Below are positions 28,520 to 41,654 of a stretch of DNA of 64,000 bases, one piece after another. How positions within the stretch are numbered: the stretch's first letter is position 1; each line of letters starts with the position of its first letter. The stretch lies in sequence record MK250021.1, one strand, 5' to 3'. A model generated the notes under the pieces. The model was not told where the DNA came from and did not search any database. It worked only from the letters and a program-made list of their open reading frames with translations. Position numbers and translations under genes: made by a program.

Positions 28520-29902
28520 TTAAGAATTGTCTGGGACAATTTTATACCAATACAAACTATATTTTGATTTTGATGATGTATTTGTATATCCTTTTACTTT
28601 TAGCGCATAAGACGCTTTTATATGCAAATGAATTAAACCGCCTTCATAATCTGTAGGTATATTTATATTTGGTGATTGAGTATTTACTATATTATTATTA
28701 CCATCATCCAAAAAATATGATATGCTATCATCAGTATATATATCATTTATAGCTGTTGCATGTTCACTAAAACCATAATTACCTGAACCCTATATAAAAA
28801 GTACAGCATCACCTGGTTCATCATTTGCACTATGTATTGATATACCATTATCTATTGAGTGTCCAGTTATATCATCATTACCTGTATTATCAGGTATTGC
28901 TTTATTTTCTACTGTATAATATACTTTATAATATGTTATTAATGATATATCATCTATATCTTTCATTTTTACATCATTTTCAGATAGATTATGTAATTTT
29001 GCATATAATGGTATAATTACATCAGTCTTTAATTGATAAGCGGATATTCTAAATAATTTATTCCATTTTATAATAGTTCCTAATTTCTAATATAATGTCA
29101 AATCACATAATTTTAATGGTTGCTAATTATCTATTATATATTGGTCTTCTTTAGATACCAATTTATCATCATTTATAAATAATGTAGGCATATATTTATT
29201 ATTAAAATATATTTTCCTACAAGGTAAATTACCACTTTTTATAACAATATATAATTCACCGGATAATAATTCCTATACAGTTGGTACATATGTTCCATCA
29301 TACTAAACTGTTTCCTGCCTATCTTCTACATTTGGATCTTGTCTTTCTTTATCAATATTAATATATTCATACCCAATTGGCATTATTTCATATGTATCTG
29401 CAACAATGTTATTATCTTTATCATCCGCGGTAAAATAATATTCTCCATCATAATCTGTATTATTTCTGTTCTTGTCATTTAATGCTTTTATATATTCATA
29501 TCCATATTCACAAAAAATATCTTCCAAACTTGCTTCATTTGCATCTGTTGCAAATGCTTTATTTAATACACAGCCAGAAAACTTATTTATATCAATATCA
29601 CCAGAATTTATTGTACTTTTATATTTTCGTAATAAATCTAAATTATAATAATTATCATCTAATGTATTTTCATCAAAATATGTTTCATTTATCTTTACAA
29701 TTCTATCTTCTGGTGTTATATCATGTCTATATGTTCCATAATTTCTATAATACTCATTGTTTACCATATGTTCATTTGCTGCTATATCTGCAACTTTTTT
29801 ATTATTTAAATCATATGATAAACGGTCATAACGATTAAATTCAAATATTTTTGTATATGAATTTAATATTTTTTCATATTCATTATTAACAATATCTGCC
29901 AT
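28520..29902 (-). CDS. Hypothetical protein (460 aa), probably structural/late
   Basis: Fragments 29303-29902 and 28520-28711 share a frame, joined by ~5 TAG; ends TAA. Confidence 0.7.
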
Positions 29903-29927
29903 ATATTTTGTATTATATTGTTTATAT

Positions 29928-29947
29928 TATTTATTTTTTGATAAATA
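29928..29947. promoter_or_regulatory. Back-to-back putative late promoters (ATAAATA on each strand)
   Basis: 29928-29934 (-) lies 25 nt before ATG 29902, and 29941-29947 (+) lies 27 nt before ATG 29975. Confidence 0.45.
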
Positions 29948-29974
29948 AAGAAAAATATATTGATTATTTATATA

Positions 29975-30397
29975 ATGATTACTATATATAAAGGTAAAGA
30001 TGAAGATACTGCTATAATACCATTAAGTTTTTAGCTTTTGAATGGTAAGCAAAATATTAATTGGACAACTGAAATAATAAAAAATGATGCAGCTGCATAT
30101 AAATCTAATATAACTGATGATAAATTAAAAAAGTAGGTAGATTCTGCTATAAATTATATAAAGTTTAATACTCCGAGCGTTACCGCAAATGAATATACAA
30201 TAAGTAATGATAATAACTTAAAATCATCATTATTAGAGAACGAAATAGATTTATATTATATAGAAAATTTTACATATGTATTAGATAGTGACAGTTATAC
30301 AAATTATAGTACGTCAGATGAAAAATCAAGAGGAAAAGATGATTATATGTTTACTATAATACCAAATACAATAGATGTTGAAGTAAAAAATGAATGA
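29975..30397 (+). CDS. Hypothetical protein (140 aa), absent from track
   Basis: ATG 29975 to TGA 30395-30397 with 2 in-frame TAG; fills the gap between flanking genes. Confidence 0.6.
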
Positions 30398-30423
30398 AAA
30401 CTTTTTTACTTCAACATCATCAT

Positions 30424-32262
30424 TTATGAAAATATTATATATTTAACTTTTACAGGAATATCATTAGGATTATATACTAATAAACTCTATAATAAATTTT
30501 TAATAGGTAATTGTTTATCATCATCTTTGCCTATTAGCATATATCCATCACCAACTCTTAGCCATAAATCATTAGAAGAAAGGTATTCCATGTACTTATA
30601 TAATCCTATGATATTTTCTTTCATTCCGTCATGTGAATCAACAAATTTAATATTTGTTTTATTAGGATTATTTTCCCACATATCATTATCTTCACTATTT
30701 ACATTAGCATCTATATACATATCTGGATTATGATACTTTATAGATTCACCTTCAAATTGTTGTCGTTCCTAACTTGCAGGAAATCTATAGAAATCATTAT
30801 TTATATTCTAATTATTATCATAAGCAGGAATATATAAGTTATCAAAACTATTTGTAAATCCATCATTAGATGAAATGTCATTTAACGGCAAATTATTATA
30901 ATCTTCTATATATTGTTTCTTTTCATCTGGTATCAAAGCATTTATTTGAACAGTTGCTAATGCTTTTTCAAATAACATGGTTTTCTTCTATGAACGAATC
31001 TAACCACCAAAATATGAATTCAATATAGGTAATGAAACAGGTATACAAATCTCTACCTAATCTGCAACATGATTTACCCATAATACACTTGTATCATAAT
31101 CTTCATCATCAGGCCAATTAGGAATCAAAACAATACCTCTCATAGATCCATTAGGGTATTTCACGCATCCTATTCTCTTATTTAAATCTTCATAACAATT
31201 AGATGGTCCCATTGCATTTTTCATTTTAAATATAAATGATTTTATTTCATCTAATATTTTTACAATATCATATATATTATAATAAGAAAAAACTCCTGTA
31301 AAATATTTCTTATAAATTTCTGGATACTTCTATATAATAATATCATGAAATTTCTTTGAAAATATTAATATACCATTCTATTCAAAACATGGTAAAAAGA
31401 ATCTCTTTATAACATCTATTTCATATACAAATGTATTGAAATCATCTAATATAATATCACTTAATTTAAGAAATCCTCTATAAATATCACATTCAATTCT
31501 ATAATTATTATCAGATGCATTTTTTTCTCCCACTAATCTTGGTTTATATTTTTCCAATAAACTGATAATTAAATCTTTTGTTATTTCTGGTTCTACAAAA
31601 GGAGAATCTTCAAACTCACCAACTTCGCCTTTATTATTTTCGTCATTTCTACATATAGGAATGATTTTCACATTACGAACGATAAAGTCATATCCTTCTT
31701 CTGTACTTTCAAAATTAATATAGTCTATTTGTGATTCTGATGTATCTACATCGTCATAAGTTTTGATTGATATAGAAATAGGTACCTTTAACTTATTTAA
31801 TTGATTCTGGACCAAAATTACAAATGATCCATAAGTTTCTCTTACAGTAGATGATTCGACATGAACATTATATTTTTTATTATTCTACTTATAAAGAATA
31901 TCAAACCCTATATTACAATAACTCTCATAATCTTCTGTTGTTGATATAATTTCATTAATTAAGAAAAACTATGATTTATATGTTTCTCCATATTCATTTC
32001 CCTAAAGGAGATATGCTGAATGCGGTTGGAGAATTTTTGTCTCAACATTATATTGTGTTATACCAGCGGCATGAATAGTAGACATATCAATAGAAGCTAA
32101 AATATCTCCGTTTGAATCTGTTATCTATCCTTGTGAACCTGATATATCAAATGATGTATCATCTTCATTTATAGAAGATGAACACTTATAACCTGAATCT
32201 GCTACACTGTTATCTCTTGAATATAATTGATAAAATAAATTCTTATTCTTTGTTGTTGCCAT
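30424..32262 (-). CDS. Hypothetical protein (612 aa), probably structural/late
   Basis: MATTKNKNLFY... from ATG 32262, open to TAA 30424 with ~12 TAG; includes track fragments 31378 and 30487. Confidence 0.75.
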
Positions 32263-32288
32263 TTCTGGTATATATAAATTTCTTTTTA

Positions 32289-32295
32289 TATTTAT
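32289..32295 (-). promoter_or_regulatory. Putative late promoter ATAAATA
   Basis: 26 nt upstream of ATG 32262. TTTTAATAAATATAAAAAGA is identical to the context at 18804-18823. Confidence 0.5.
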
Positions 32296-32304
32296 TAAAA
32301 TTAA

Positions 32305-32338
32305 AAAATGGAACCTATATTAAAATAAGTTCCATTTT
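32305..32338 (-). terminator. Intrinsic terminator
   Basis: 10-bp stem AAAATGGAAC/GTTCCATTTT directly after the stop at 32349. Confidence 0.65.
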
Positions 32339-32348
32339 ATATAATATA

Positions 32349-35300
32349 TTATGCATTTTTAAAGAAACCGTCTATTGTAGTATTTTTAAAATAGAATGTA
32401 ACTCTACCTTGCATAGGCATATTATTACCGTAATAATTATTGTTTGTATTACCTGATCTATTTGGTTGATGAACACCTCGTTGTTGAGTAACAGCTCTAT
32501 TACCTGGTTGAACAACTTGATGTTGCTATGTATTACCTTGTGACTTATTAGTATTACTTGGTGTATTTGTAGTAATAAGGTCAAGTAATTCTCTAATACC
32601 ATCAAATCTACTAAGAATCTTATTCTCATCAAGACTTTCAAACGCAAATCGCATTCTATCTACTGCAGTCGCTATATTATTAACTTTATTAGCAAACTCT
32701 TGCAACGCTTGATTACGTTTCTTTTCATTATTAATAATCTAATCATCTAATGCTTTAAGCGCTTTACGAGCAGATTCAAGCTTTGTCGTATATATTTCTA
32801 CTTTAGATGTTGTTACCTAAATCTAAGATGTAAATGTTTTTAACCTTGATGTATAAGTTCTTAATGAACCAGAAGTTACGTTCATATTTCTGTTTATTTC
32901 AGGAGACGTTAATCTCTTTATATTATTAATGAACATATCAATATGAAGGCCTAACTATTTCTAACTATTCATTTCTCTTGAAAGATATATCATCTTCTCT
33001 GCAATTTCAAGATAAAGATCCATAAACTAACCTGTTGTTTGAAAATTAACTTTTTCTGAATTATTAGATAATGATCTCATCTATGATTCCATCTTTGTTA
33101 ATACAGTTCCGAACTAAGATACAATGGATGATGGTTTAACTTTATCATTATATGTAAGTTGATTTATAATCTTTCTATATACACTGGCAATCTGATAAAC
33201 GCCATCTACGAATTTCTTTGCATCTTTTGTACTCTATATAGATGTTTCGAATATCTTACTTGAGTTACTGAAATATGTTGCTAACTATGTCAATACAGAT
33301 GTAAATTTAGTCGCAACTTCACTACCTTGTGATAATACTTTCCCTTGATCATCTGTCATCGCTTTGATAATTTTAGATAAAGAATCTACTGATTTTTTAA
33401 TAGTTCCCATTACCTACATAACTATTTTTGCAGTTGATTGAATCTTATTATATTTCTCCATATTTTCTTTAGTAGAAAGATTATCAGAAATAATAGTAAT
33501 AAAATCTACAAATGCATTAGCGATATTTTTAGATATTGTTCTAATAAAATTAGGTTGTAAACACAAATAATCTTTAGACTATGCCGTTGTTCCTTTCTTA
33601 TTAGATGTTAATCCTAAGAATGGTTTTAATGTTGCTGAGAAATTTTTAACTGCAGTCATTATAGGATTTATAGTATTCTTTATAATATCTGCTATTGATT
33701 CTGCTTTTTCTATAAAACCTTCATTTGCAAAACTTTGTACAAGATAATTTATAAATTCTACAAACATTCTGCCAACTTCTCTTGCAGCCTATGTAAATGC
33801 TCCTTTTTTAAGTTTCTTAGTAATAGGTATTAATTTACCATCTTTATCTTTTTCATAATGATCTACATAAACGCCGGTAGCTAACTTTAATATTGCATCT
33901 ACATATTTTCCTAATCCTTCCATAACAGGTCCAACAGAACCACCTATTGCATTTAATGCATCCTCTGTTTTATTTCCCCAAAAAGAACCATGTCTTTCAA
34001 ATACTGTAACTAACTCATCTATAAAAATACCAAATGTAGTTGCTACCGAAATAGCTGCATTTAAGAAGTCATCCGGTGTTACTTTAGCTAAATGTGGAAC
34101 TGTATAATTACCGTCTTTATCTTGCATATAGTAATCTGTATATGTTCCTGTTGCTAGTTTCATTATTGCATCAACAAATTTACTAACACCATCCATAATA
34201 GGCATAATAGAATCTTTCATTGCATCCATTGCCCATATCATATTAGGTTGTAATTGTTTAAATGATGTCCCAAGCTATTCTATAAAATTACCAAATGAAG
34301 CTGATACAAATATAGCAGATGTAAAGAATATAGAAGGGTCAACCTCTTCATATTCAGGTTTACCATTTTTATCATATCCTGTTACTATTTGCATCGTTGC
34401 AACTTTAATAACTGTATCAACAAATTTAGAAACTGCATCCATAACGGGTTCCATTACCTATCCAACAGTAGATATTGCTAACATTGCATTAACTGACATC
34501 TTATCAAACGCGTCACTTAAACATTGTAAAAATATGCTAAACTATACAGATATAGCAAGAGCTGCGTTACTAAATTCTGTTGCTGTTAATTTCTTATATA
34601 TTGGGTTCTTCTTATTATCATATCCTATAATATATGTTCCTGTTGCTAGTTTCATTACAACATCTACAAATTTTCCAACAGTATCAATAATAGGATTAAG
34701 CGCTAATGTTAACACGCTTAATACAACAAGTTTTAAAGCAACCATTGCGTTAAATCCGGCACTTAATTTAGAAATAAATGTTGTAAATCCATTTGTAACT
34801 GCTTCTGCTGCCTATTCAAATACAGTTGCTGGTAAATGTTCATACATAGGTTTACCATTATCATCATATCCTGCTATATAATTCATTGTAGCAACTTTCA
34901 TTATAATATCAATATATTTTGATATTGTATTTAATATAGGTCTTAATGCTAATGAAATAACTAATGCCATTGCAGTTCCATTAAAACCGCTAAATGCTTT
35001 AACAATAGCTTGCATAGATCCTAAAACACTATTTTTATCATCATTACCTTTACCTATCATCAATTCAGAAAATGTTTGAATCATCTTAGCATTACATATT
35101 TCTGTTATATATTTCATCTCAGAAACAGTTAATGCTAATACACCAAATACTGCCATAATAATAGGTGAAAAAGCTGCTGCCGCTGTTGCCTATACCATCT
35201 ATACAGGATTTGGAGCTGCTGCTTTTATAACATCAAACATTACTTCAAATAATGTTACTGCAGTCTCCCCTGTTTTTTTAAGTTTCTCAGTATTATATGG

Positions 35301-38300
35301 TAACATTAATTCCAACGCTTTCATGAATAATATCATGGTTCCTGTTACAACAGTCATCACACCTGCAATTGCCGTCATTACTACAGCACCTAATGTAATA
35401 AATGGAAGAATAGGCGTCATCGCACCTAATGCAGTCATAAATGTTCCCATAATAGTTAACAAACCTATCATTGTAGCTGCACCTAAAAATACTGCGCCAC
35501 CTTTATTTAAATCATCAATTTTCTTTGCTTCCCATGCGAATAAAACCATTGTTCCTCCAACAATATCCATCACTGCACCAATAGCGGACATAACAATACC
35601 ACCTATAATAGTATCTGGTAAAAATTTCTCTAATTTAGAAACACCGTACATTACCAAACCCATTAGACCTAAAACACCTGCCATAACAGCAGCACCTAAA
35701 AATACTGCACCACCTTCATTTAATTCTAATATTTTCTTAGATTCTATTGCAAATGCTAAACATGCAGTCCCTATTACTAACATAACTATTGCAACTGCAG
35801 TCATAATAACTGCACCAACTGCTAATTCAACTGCATACTTATCTGCGAATTTTCCTATAAAGAATAATACAGTTCCAAATATCGCTAATGTTCCTATCAC
35901 AACACCTGCACCTATTAATGCGTCGTCCCACATTTTACCAATAGGAATCAATATATCTTTAACAATCAATGATATACCTAATAAAATAAATGCCATTGCC
36001 GCTGTTGCAAATATTGCATATGCTGCTTTCTTACCATCTACTTTAGCCAAGAAATAAGTACCTGCAATAAGAGTAATAATAATGAATAATGTAATACCCA
36101 TTCCTATACCTGCTTCTTTACCATTCTAACCTATAGGAATAAGTAAATCTTTTGTAATCAATGCAATACCCATATAAATAATTGCAAGAGTAGCAGTAGC
36201 AAGAACACCCCATAAGGCTTTCTTTCCATTTACCATATTCAATACATAAACGCCTGCAACTAATCCTGCTATTATAAACATTGTTACTATTGCACCTAAA
36301 TAAACTTCCGGCGCTTTCTTTCCAATAGGTATTAAAAACGCAACAGATATAATAGCAACCAATGCAAACACAGCAGATATTTTAATAAGATTATTTACCC
36401 CTCTATCTATACGTTTACCATGTTTATCTAATGATTTAACTGCAAATATGCCTAATGCTATAATAAAAGATATAACCAACGCACCTTTTGATACATCATC
36501 TAATCTCTTGCCAATAGGTGCCAATAATGTTGCTGACACCAAAGCTATAATTGCAAATACAGCAGAAATCTTTAACATTGCATCTGTAGCGTATGTTAAT
36601 TTCTTATTACCTATTTTAGACAATTTATTAACAATGAAAATAGTTCCTGCAGTAAATAATGTAAGTATTCCTATAGATGCAAGTATAGTTTCCGTACTAT
36701 TATTTTTAACAGTTAACGATAATAATAACATTGATACAGATAATGACATAATCATTATTCCAATACCAGTTAAAACACCCTGTACATTTTTAAGGCTCTT
36801 ATCTAATTTCTTCTCTGATAAATCTTCTATCAAACTCTTAAATCCAGAAACAGCAACTCTCATAACAATTAAACTTGCTACAACTGCAGTTAATCCAACA
36901 ATCTTAGTTACAATAGATAATCCTATAATAATACCGCCTATCATACCTATTGCTGAACTTAAACTTCTTATTATCACCTATGCTCCTTTTACATCTTTAA
37001 CTTTTAATTTTTTAGCTAAATCTGTAATAGTATTCTTCATGAATTTAATCAAATACCTAACTACTAAAACAGATTCAATTATTGTTTTAAAAGATGTTAG
37101 CTTAATAGTTAATGCAATGAATACAATACCGTATAATAATGTTTTCAATGCATTATTCCATGCATTCATAAAAGATGATAAAACTTTAACTTGTTTTACA
37201 TCCCATTTTTCTTTTAATATTGTGTTAAAGAAATCTACTATTTTCTATGCACGTTTCTGTGTTAATGATTTTACAGCAAACATGAAATTAAGAATCTATA
37301 TCTTCTTAATATCAAATATTACATTTAATAGCTATACCATACTATTAACAGTTTGTGCAACCGTTTTATTATCTGGTATTTCCGTTGCAAATGCGACAAA
37401 GAAACTCGCAAGCATTTTAGCAGTAATAGGATTCAATACCTTCATTACTTTAAATATAGAAAACTTCTATTCAGGATCTGCTATCTTTACTAAAGGATCT
37501 AATATACCACCAATATATTTAACGTTCTCACTTATTTCTTTTCCTTTTAAATATTTAGCGATCTATCCTATGAACTAACCTAATTGTCTGCCTAATAACC
37601 AACCTCTTATAGGATTAAGACTTATCTACATTTTAAAAACATTTGATGTTACCAATGCGGATAATCCTCCCATCAAGTCTCCAATGGGTTTAATTATTTT
37701 TTGAATATCTTTATTTTTTAATTTCGTTTTACTAATAGACGAAACTAATGCAGATATAAATTTGCCTAAACGTTGTGCAGTTTTAACATCAAGCTTCCCA
37801 ATATTTTCCTATAACTTAATCATATCAAGAGCAACAAGTTTGGACATTGTTTCAACAACTGCTTTAATTATACCGACACTTCGTCCTACTGATTTAGAAT
37901 TCTATATTGTTAACCCTTGTATAAAATCAACTATTTTTTTTGCGCCTTCTGCATTTATTTCTGTCATTTTATTAATAGCTTTCAGAAAACTATCAATATT
38001 TGTAAATGTATTGTCATCAACTTTAAGACTTGATAAAACTGTATTTACATTTCCTATAGATGTGGCAACTTTATTCAAAACATCATTGTCAATCTATTCC
38101 ATGGATACAAGTCCTTTTGACAACTTCTCCAACTATTCTCCAACAGTTGCTGCTGATTCCTCTTTAGCAGTCTCAACGATACCCTATAACAAACTGATTA
38201 TAGTAGAATCAGCTTTCTGTTCAATAGTTTCTTTCTTTTTCTCCTATTGCTGACTTACCATAGTGTCCAAAATATTAAATATACCGTTAAGTGCTTCTTC

Positions 38301-38318
38301 TGAAGACATTTGTGCCAT
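32349..38318 (-). CDS. Tape-measure-like protein (1989 aa)
   Basis: One frame from ATG 38318 to TAA 32349 with ~35 TAG. Long Ala/Gly/Ile/Leu-rich amphipathic and hydrophobic helical repeats; the length and composition fit a tail tape measure. Confidence 0.7.
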
Positions 38319-38341
38319 ATCGTTTTAATGTAATTTAATTT

Positions 38342-38701
38342 TTACTTAGATGTTGTTTTCTTCTTCTGAACAACATAAACAGATTTATCTTTTAATGATT
38401 TTACTGTATATATAATACCGGAGTTTTTATCATATAATGTTCCATATTCATAAGCCTTATTATTGTCACCATCTTTAATAGATGTTTTTATCCATTTATC
38501 ATATTGAGGTAATGAATCTGACATAATTAAAGAATCTAATTGAGTAGAATTTAATGTATCATTATTCATTGTACGTACGGATGTAATAGCAACTGAATAT
38601 ACAGAATCTTTTACCTAATTATTATTCTTTGTACCACATGAATTAAATGATACCATAAGGCTCAATAAAGAACCAACTAAAATATACTTTAAACTTTTCA
38701 T
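38342..38701 (-). CDS. Putative lipoprotein (119 aa)
   Basis: Reading through one TAG gives MKSLKYILVGSLLSLMVSFNS-C, a signal peptide II-like N-terminus with a lipobox Cys. Confidence 0.65.
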
Positions 38702-38749
38702 ATTTTAAGTTTATTTAACTAAATATTTAATATATTTATTTTTAGAATA

Positions 38750-38778
38750 TAGACTATATCATTATATTAATATATAAT
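38750..38778 (+). promoter_or_regulatory. Sigma70-type promoter TAGACT-N17-TATAAT
   Basis: Exact 17-nt spacing, upstream of the operon starting at 38808. The same motif recurs at 54852 and 54968 (-). Confidence 0.6.
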
Positions 38779-38807
38779 TTATTATAAGTAAAACTATATA
38801 TTCAAAT

Positions 38808-39317
38808 ATGGCAAGAAAAAAGAAAGACAATGATGAAGAAGTTGAAAAAATAAAAACTCCTAAAGCTATTGGTCCATATGACATTATATCTATGATGTTT
38901 ACTAATTTTGAAGGATTCAATAAATTATCTAATACTATATTAGATAAGAATTTCTTTATGATTAATAGAGTATTCAGTATTAAATATCCTTTACAAGGTG
39001 CATTATTTAATAGATTGAATATTAATACGGCAGGTGTTATTAAATCATGGGCAATGTTTATATCTAATAAAGAAGGATATGGACGTGTGCCTTATTTTGT
39101 ATATACAAAAGGTGCGAAAAAATCAGCAGTTTCAACATCAAAAACTGATAAATTAGATAAAGAATTAATTAAAGAATATTGTAAACGTTATAAAATTAAT
39201 CTAAAAGATTTCGATATGTTAAATTCATTATATCATGATGAATTAATTAATGATGTTAAACGATATGAAAAATTAATTTCTATTAAAGAACAAGAAAAAA
39301 ATATTACAAAAAAATAA
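38808..39317 (+). CDS. Possible T4 gp62-like clamp-loader small subunit
   Basis: The ORF is clear. FMINR..S and ELIKEY motifs recall gp62-like proteins (recognised by eye only). Confidence 0.4.
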   Translation: MARKKKDNDEEVEKIKTPKAIGPYDIISMMFTNFEGFNKLSNTILDKNFFMINRVFSIKYPLQGALFNRLNINTAGVIKSWAMFISNKEGYGRVPYFVYTKGAKKSAVSTSKTDKLDKELIKEYCKRYKINLKDFDMLNSLYHDELINDVKRYEKLISIKEQEKNITKK

Positions 39318-39335
39318 AAATCATAATAAACAAAA

Positions 39336-39965
39336 ATGATGAAAATTTATCCACAAGATTTAGTTAAGTCAATTCAAAAAGTAATTGACTCAGGTAAAGT
39401 TGAAATTACAACTTTTAAGGATTACAATGAGAATTTTATTAAAGAAATAAATTCATGTGAGATACATATTAAATTTACTATTGATAGTAATGACAAACGA
39501 GATGCAATTATAATTATTAATAATTCAGATATTACGTCTCAATTTATTAATACATGGAGGACATCAGCACCAGGTAAATTTATGGCTTGTGATTTTAAGA
39601 AAAATAATAAAGATTTTATTGGAAACACTCTTTATCATGTAGTTAAGTTTGAACTTAATGGAGAAAAAATGATGATATTGGTTCGACTACTTAATGAGAT
39701 TACTCAAGATTGTACAGTAGAGGAAACAAAAGAACTTATTGAAGAATATGGTGACCTTACAATTAGTGGAAAAATCTTTTCCCTTATTAAAATTGTAAGA
39801 GATAACAATAGAGATGGATGGAATTCATGGGATCGTTATAAATCACGTGATAATAATTATCATATGAACCTTTATGAATCTTCATCATACATTGATGAAA
39901 CAGATAATGACAATGACAATGAAGAAATTTCAGATGATTCTAGTGAATCTGAACCTTTATTTTAA
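39336..39965 (+). CDS. Hypothetical protein (209 aa), acidic C-terminus
   Basis: Intact ORF in operon, TAA stop. Confidence 0.75.
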   Translation: MMKIYPQDLVKSIQKVIDSGKVEITTFKDYNENFIKEINSCEIHIKFTIDSNDKRDAIIIINNSDITSQFINTWRTSAPGKFMACDFKKNNKDFIGNTLYHVVKFELNGEKMMILVRLLNEITQDCTVEETKELIEEYGDLTISGKIFSLIKIVRDNNRDGWNSWDRYKSRDNNYHMNLYESSSYIDETDNDNDNEEISDDSSESEPLF

Positions 39966-41014
39966 TGATTAAAGATATATCACAAATAAAGGATAAATCT
40001 GTTAGTTTTATAAAGGAATTTATTAATAACTGTACGATAGAAGAAAAAATAGATGCTCATTATGTCATTGTTGAGATAACATCTAAACAACATATTACTA
40101 TTAAAAAAGCAAATGGAAAAGTAGTTGATAGAGTTGATATGATATTAAACAATATGTGGAGTCAATTAGTCACTGATTGGAATTTTATTAAACTTGCTAA
40201 TCAGGAGTTTTTTAACACACATATTGGATATAATATATCGATGTTTTATTTTCCTAATAATAAGCCTTTACTGACAGAATATCCAGATAATATAAAATAT
40301 CTTATAGATAGAATTACATATAATGACGAATTAATTAATGTAGATTCATTTGTAAATAAATTGAAATTAAAAGATAAGTTCAATATTCATATTAAACATA
40401 ATTTAACAAAGAATTTATCAAATGAAATAGATACCATTAATAAAATTAACGGTGATAGAAAATCAGATATTAATTATAAGTTATTATTTCAAAATATAAT
40501 TGATAGATCTACATTATTAGCAAAAGAGCCTGAAGGATTTATTTATAAATGGAAAAAGAATCTCTATCAGTTAACATATTATGATAGAGAAAAAATAATT
40601 CCAGAAAAAACTCAATATGAATATTTGCTTTGTGATTTTGTATCTTATTGTAAGTCACATAATTATCAAGATAAGATTCATCATAGTTATGTAAAAACCG
40701 TATGTTCTTTATTCAATGATTATATAATTAATTGGGAAGAGGTAAATCATAATATTGAAAATAATATAGATATAAACAGTATTCAATCACCATCATTAGG
40801 AACGACTTTTGATATGGGATATGAATATATACCTGATATTATTACAATGAATTTATGCAAATCAAATGAATTATATAAAAGTATATTTAAAGTATTATTA
40901 GCGAACCTTCGTAGAGGAAAAGATAATAGTAAATGTATATACATGAATAAGAAACAAGTTGATGATTGGAATATTATAATGAAAAATATTAAGATTAGAA
41001 CTTTAACTATTTAA
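39965..41014 (+). CDS. Hypothetical protein with ligase/nucleotidyltransferase-like motifs (349 aa)
   Basis: Intact ORF. EEKIDA resembles motif I (KxDG) and EPEGFIYK resembles motif IV. Confidence 0.4.
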   Translation: MIKDISQIKDKSVSFIKEFINNCTIEEKIDAHYVIVEITSKQHITIKKANGKVVDRVDMILNNMWSQLVTDWNFIKLANQEFFNTHIGYNISMFYFPNNKPLLTEYPDNIKYLIDRITYNDELINVDSFVNKLKLKDKFNIHIKHNLTKNLSNEIDTINKINGDRKSDINYKLLFQNIIDRSTLLAKEPEGFIYKWKKNLYQLTYYDREKIIPEKTQYEYLLCDFVSYCKSHNYQDKIHHSYVKTVCSLFNDYIINWEEVNHNIENNIDINSIQSPSLGTTFDMGYEYIPDIITMNLCKSNELYKSIFKVLLANLRRGKDNSKCIYMNKKQVDDWNIIMKNIKIRTLTI

Positions 41015-41020
41015 TAAATA
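41014..41020 (+). promoter_or_regulatory. Putative late promoter ATAAATA
   Basis: 27 nt upstream of ATG 41048. Confidence 0.4.
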
Positions 41021-41047
41021 TATAAAATTAAATATTTTTATAGAATT

Positions 41048-41314
41048 ATGACCCATATTCATTATAATATAACAAGTACACATGTTAATCCAGAAATTCC
41101 AGGTGATAATATAGAAATTCATGAACCAAAGGAAAAACCGGTTGAGAAAATACCTGGTTGGATGCATGTAGATCCTATAAGTACATAGATAGATTTAGAA
41201 TCTGTTGCTTATCAATTATCAGATTATAAATTTACACCAGGGTTTAAAGTTACGGTAGATGATTTACTTCATCCAAAACCTTTAGATTATGAGGCAACAC
41301 CTAAATTTAAATAA
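41048..41314 (+). CDS. Hypothetical Pro-rich protein (88 aa), absent from track
   Basis: ATG 41048 to TAA 41312 with one TAG, followed by a terminator. Confidence 0.6.
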
Positions 41315-41317
41315 ATG

Positions 41318-41352
41318 AAAGAGGAATAACAAGCAAGTTATTCCTCTTTTTA
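41318..41352. terminator. Bidirectional intrinsic terminator
   Basis: 13-bp stem AAAGAGGAATAAC/GTTATTCCTCTTT between convergent genes. Confidence 0.85.
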
Positions 41353-41362
41353 TATTCTATAA

Positions 41363-41644
41363 TTAAATAGAATAATTAATATTCATAATATCAAAAAGTT
41401 GATTAAGATGATCTGTTGTTTGAACTTCTACAGATGCAACAGTATTATGTTCATCATTATCAATAATACATGTCCAATTTCTTCCTACCATATTTGTTTG
41501 TAAATTATGAATAGTTATTGTAAATGTATGATTAAGTTCTCCTACAGTTTTATAAAAGTAATCTGCTTCATCAAAATCTGCAAAACCTTTATCATGATTA
41601 TATTCAAATTTATGAAATAAAAGTAAATCCTTTGTAATATCCAT
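41363..41644 (-). CDS. Hypothetical protein
   Basis: Intact ORF in a tightly packed operon. Confidence 0.7.
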   Translation of the reverse strand: MDITKDLLLFHKFEYNHDKGFADFDEADYFYKTVGELNHTFTITIHNLQTNMVGRNWTCIIDNDEHNTVASVEVQTTDHLNQLFDIMNINYSI

Positions 41645-41654
41645 GTTTAATTAT

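Noticed and set aside
35323-38253. Long + strand track ORFs (35323, 36448, 37762, also 34534) and similar antisense ORFs inside fibre genes (e.g. 15095, 20017, 23653)
   Set aside because: Shadow ORFs antisense to long recoded genes; caused by codon bias.
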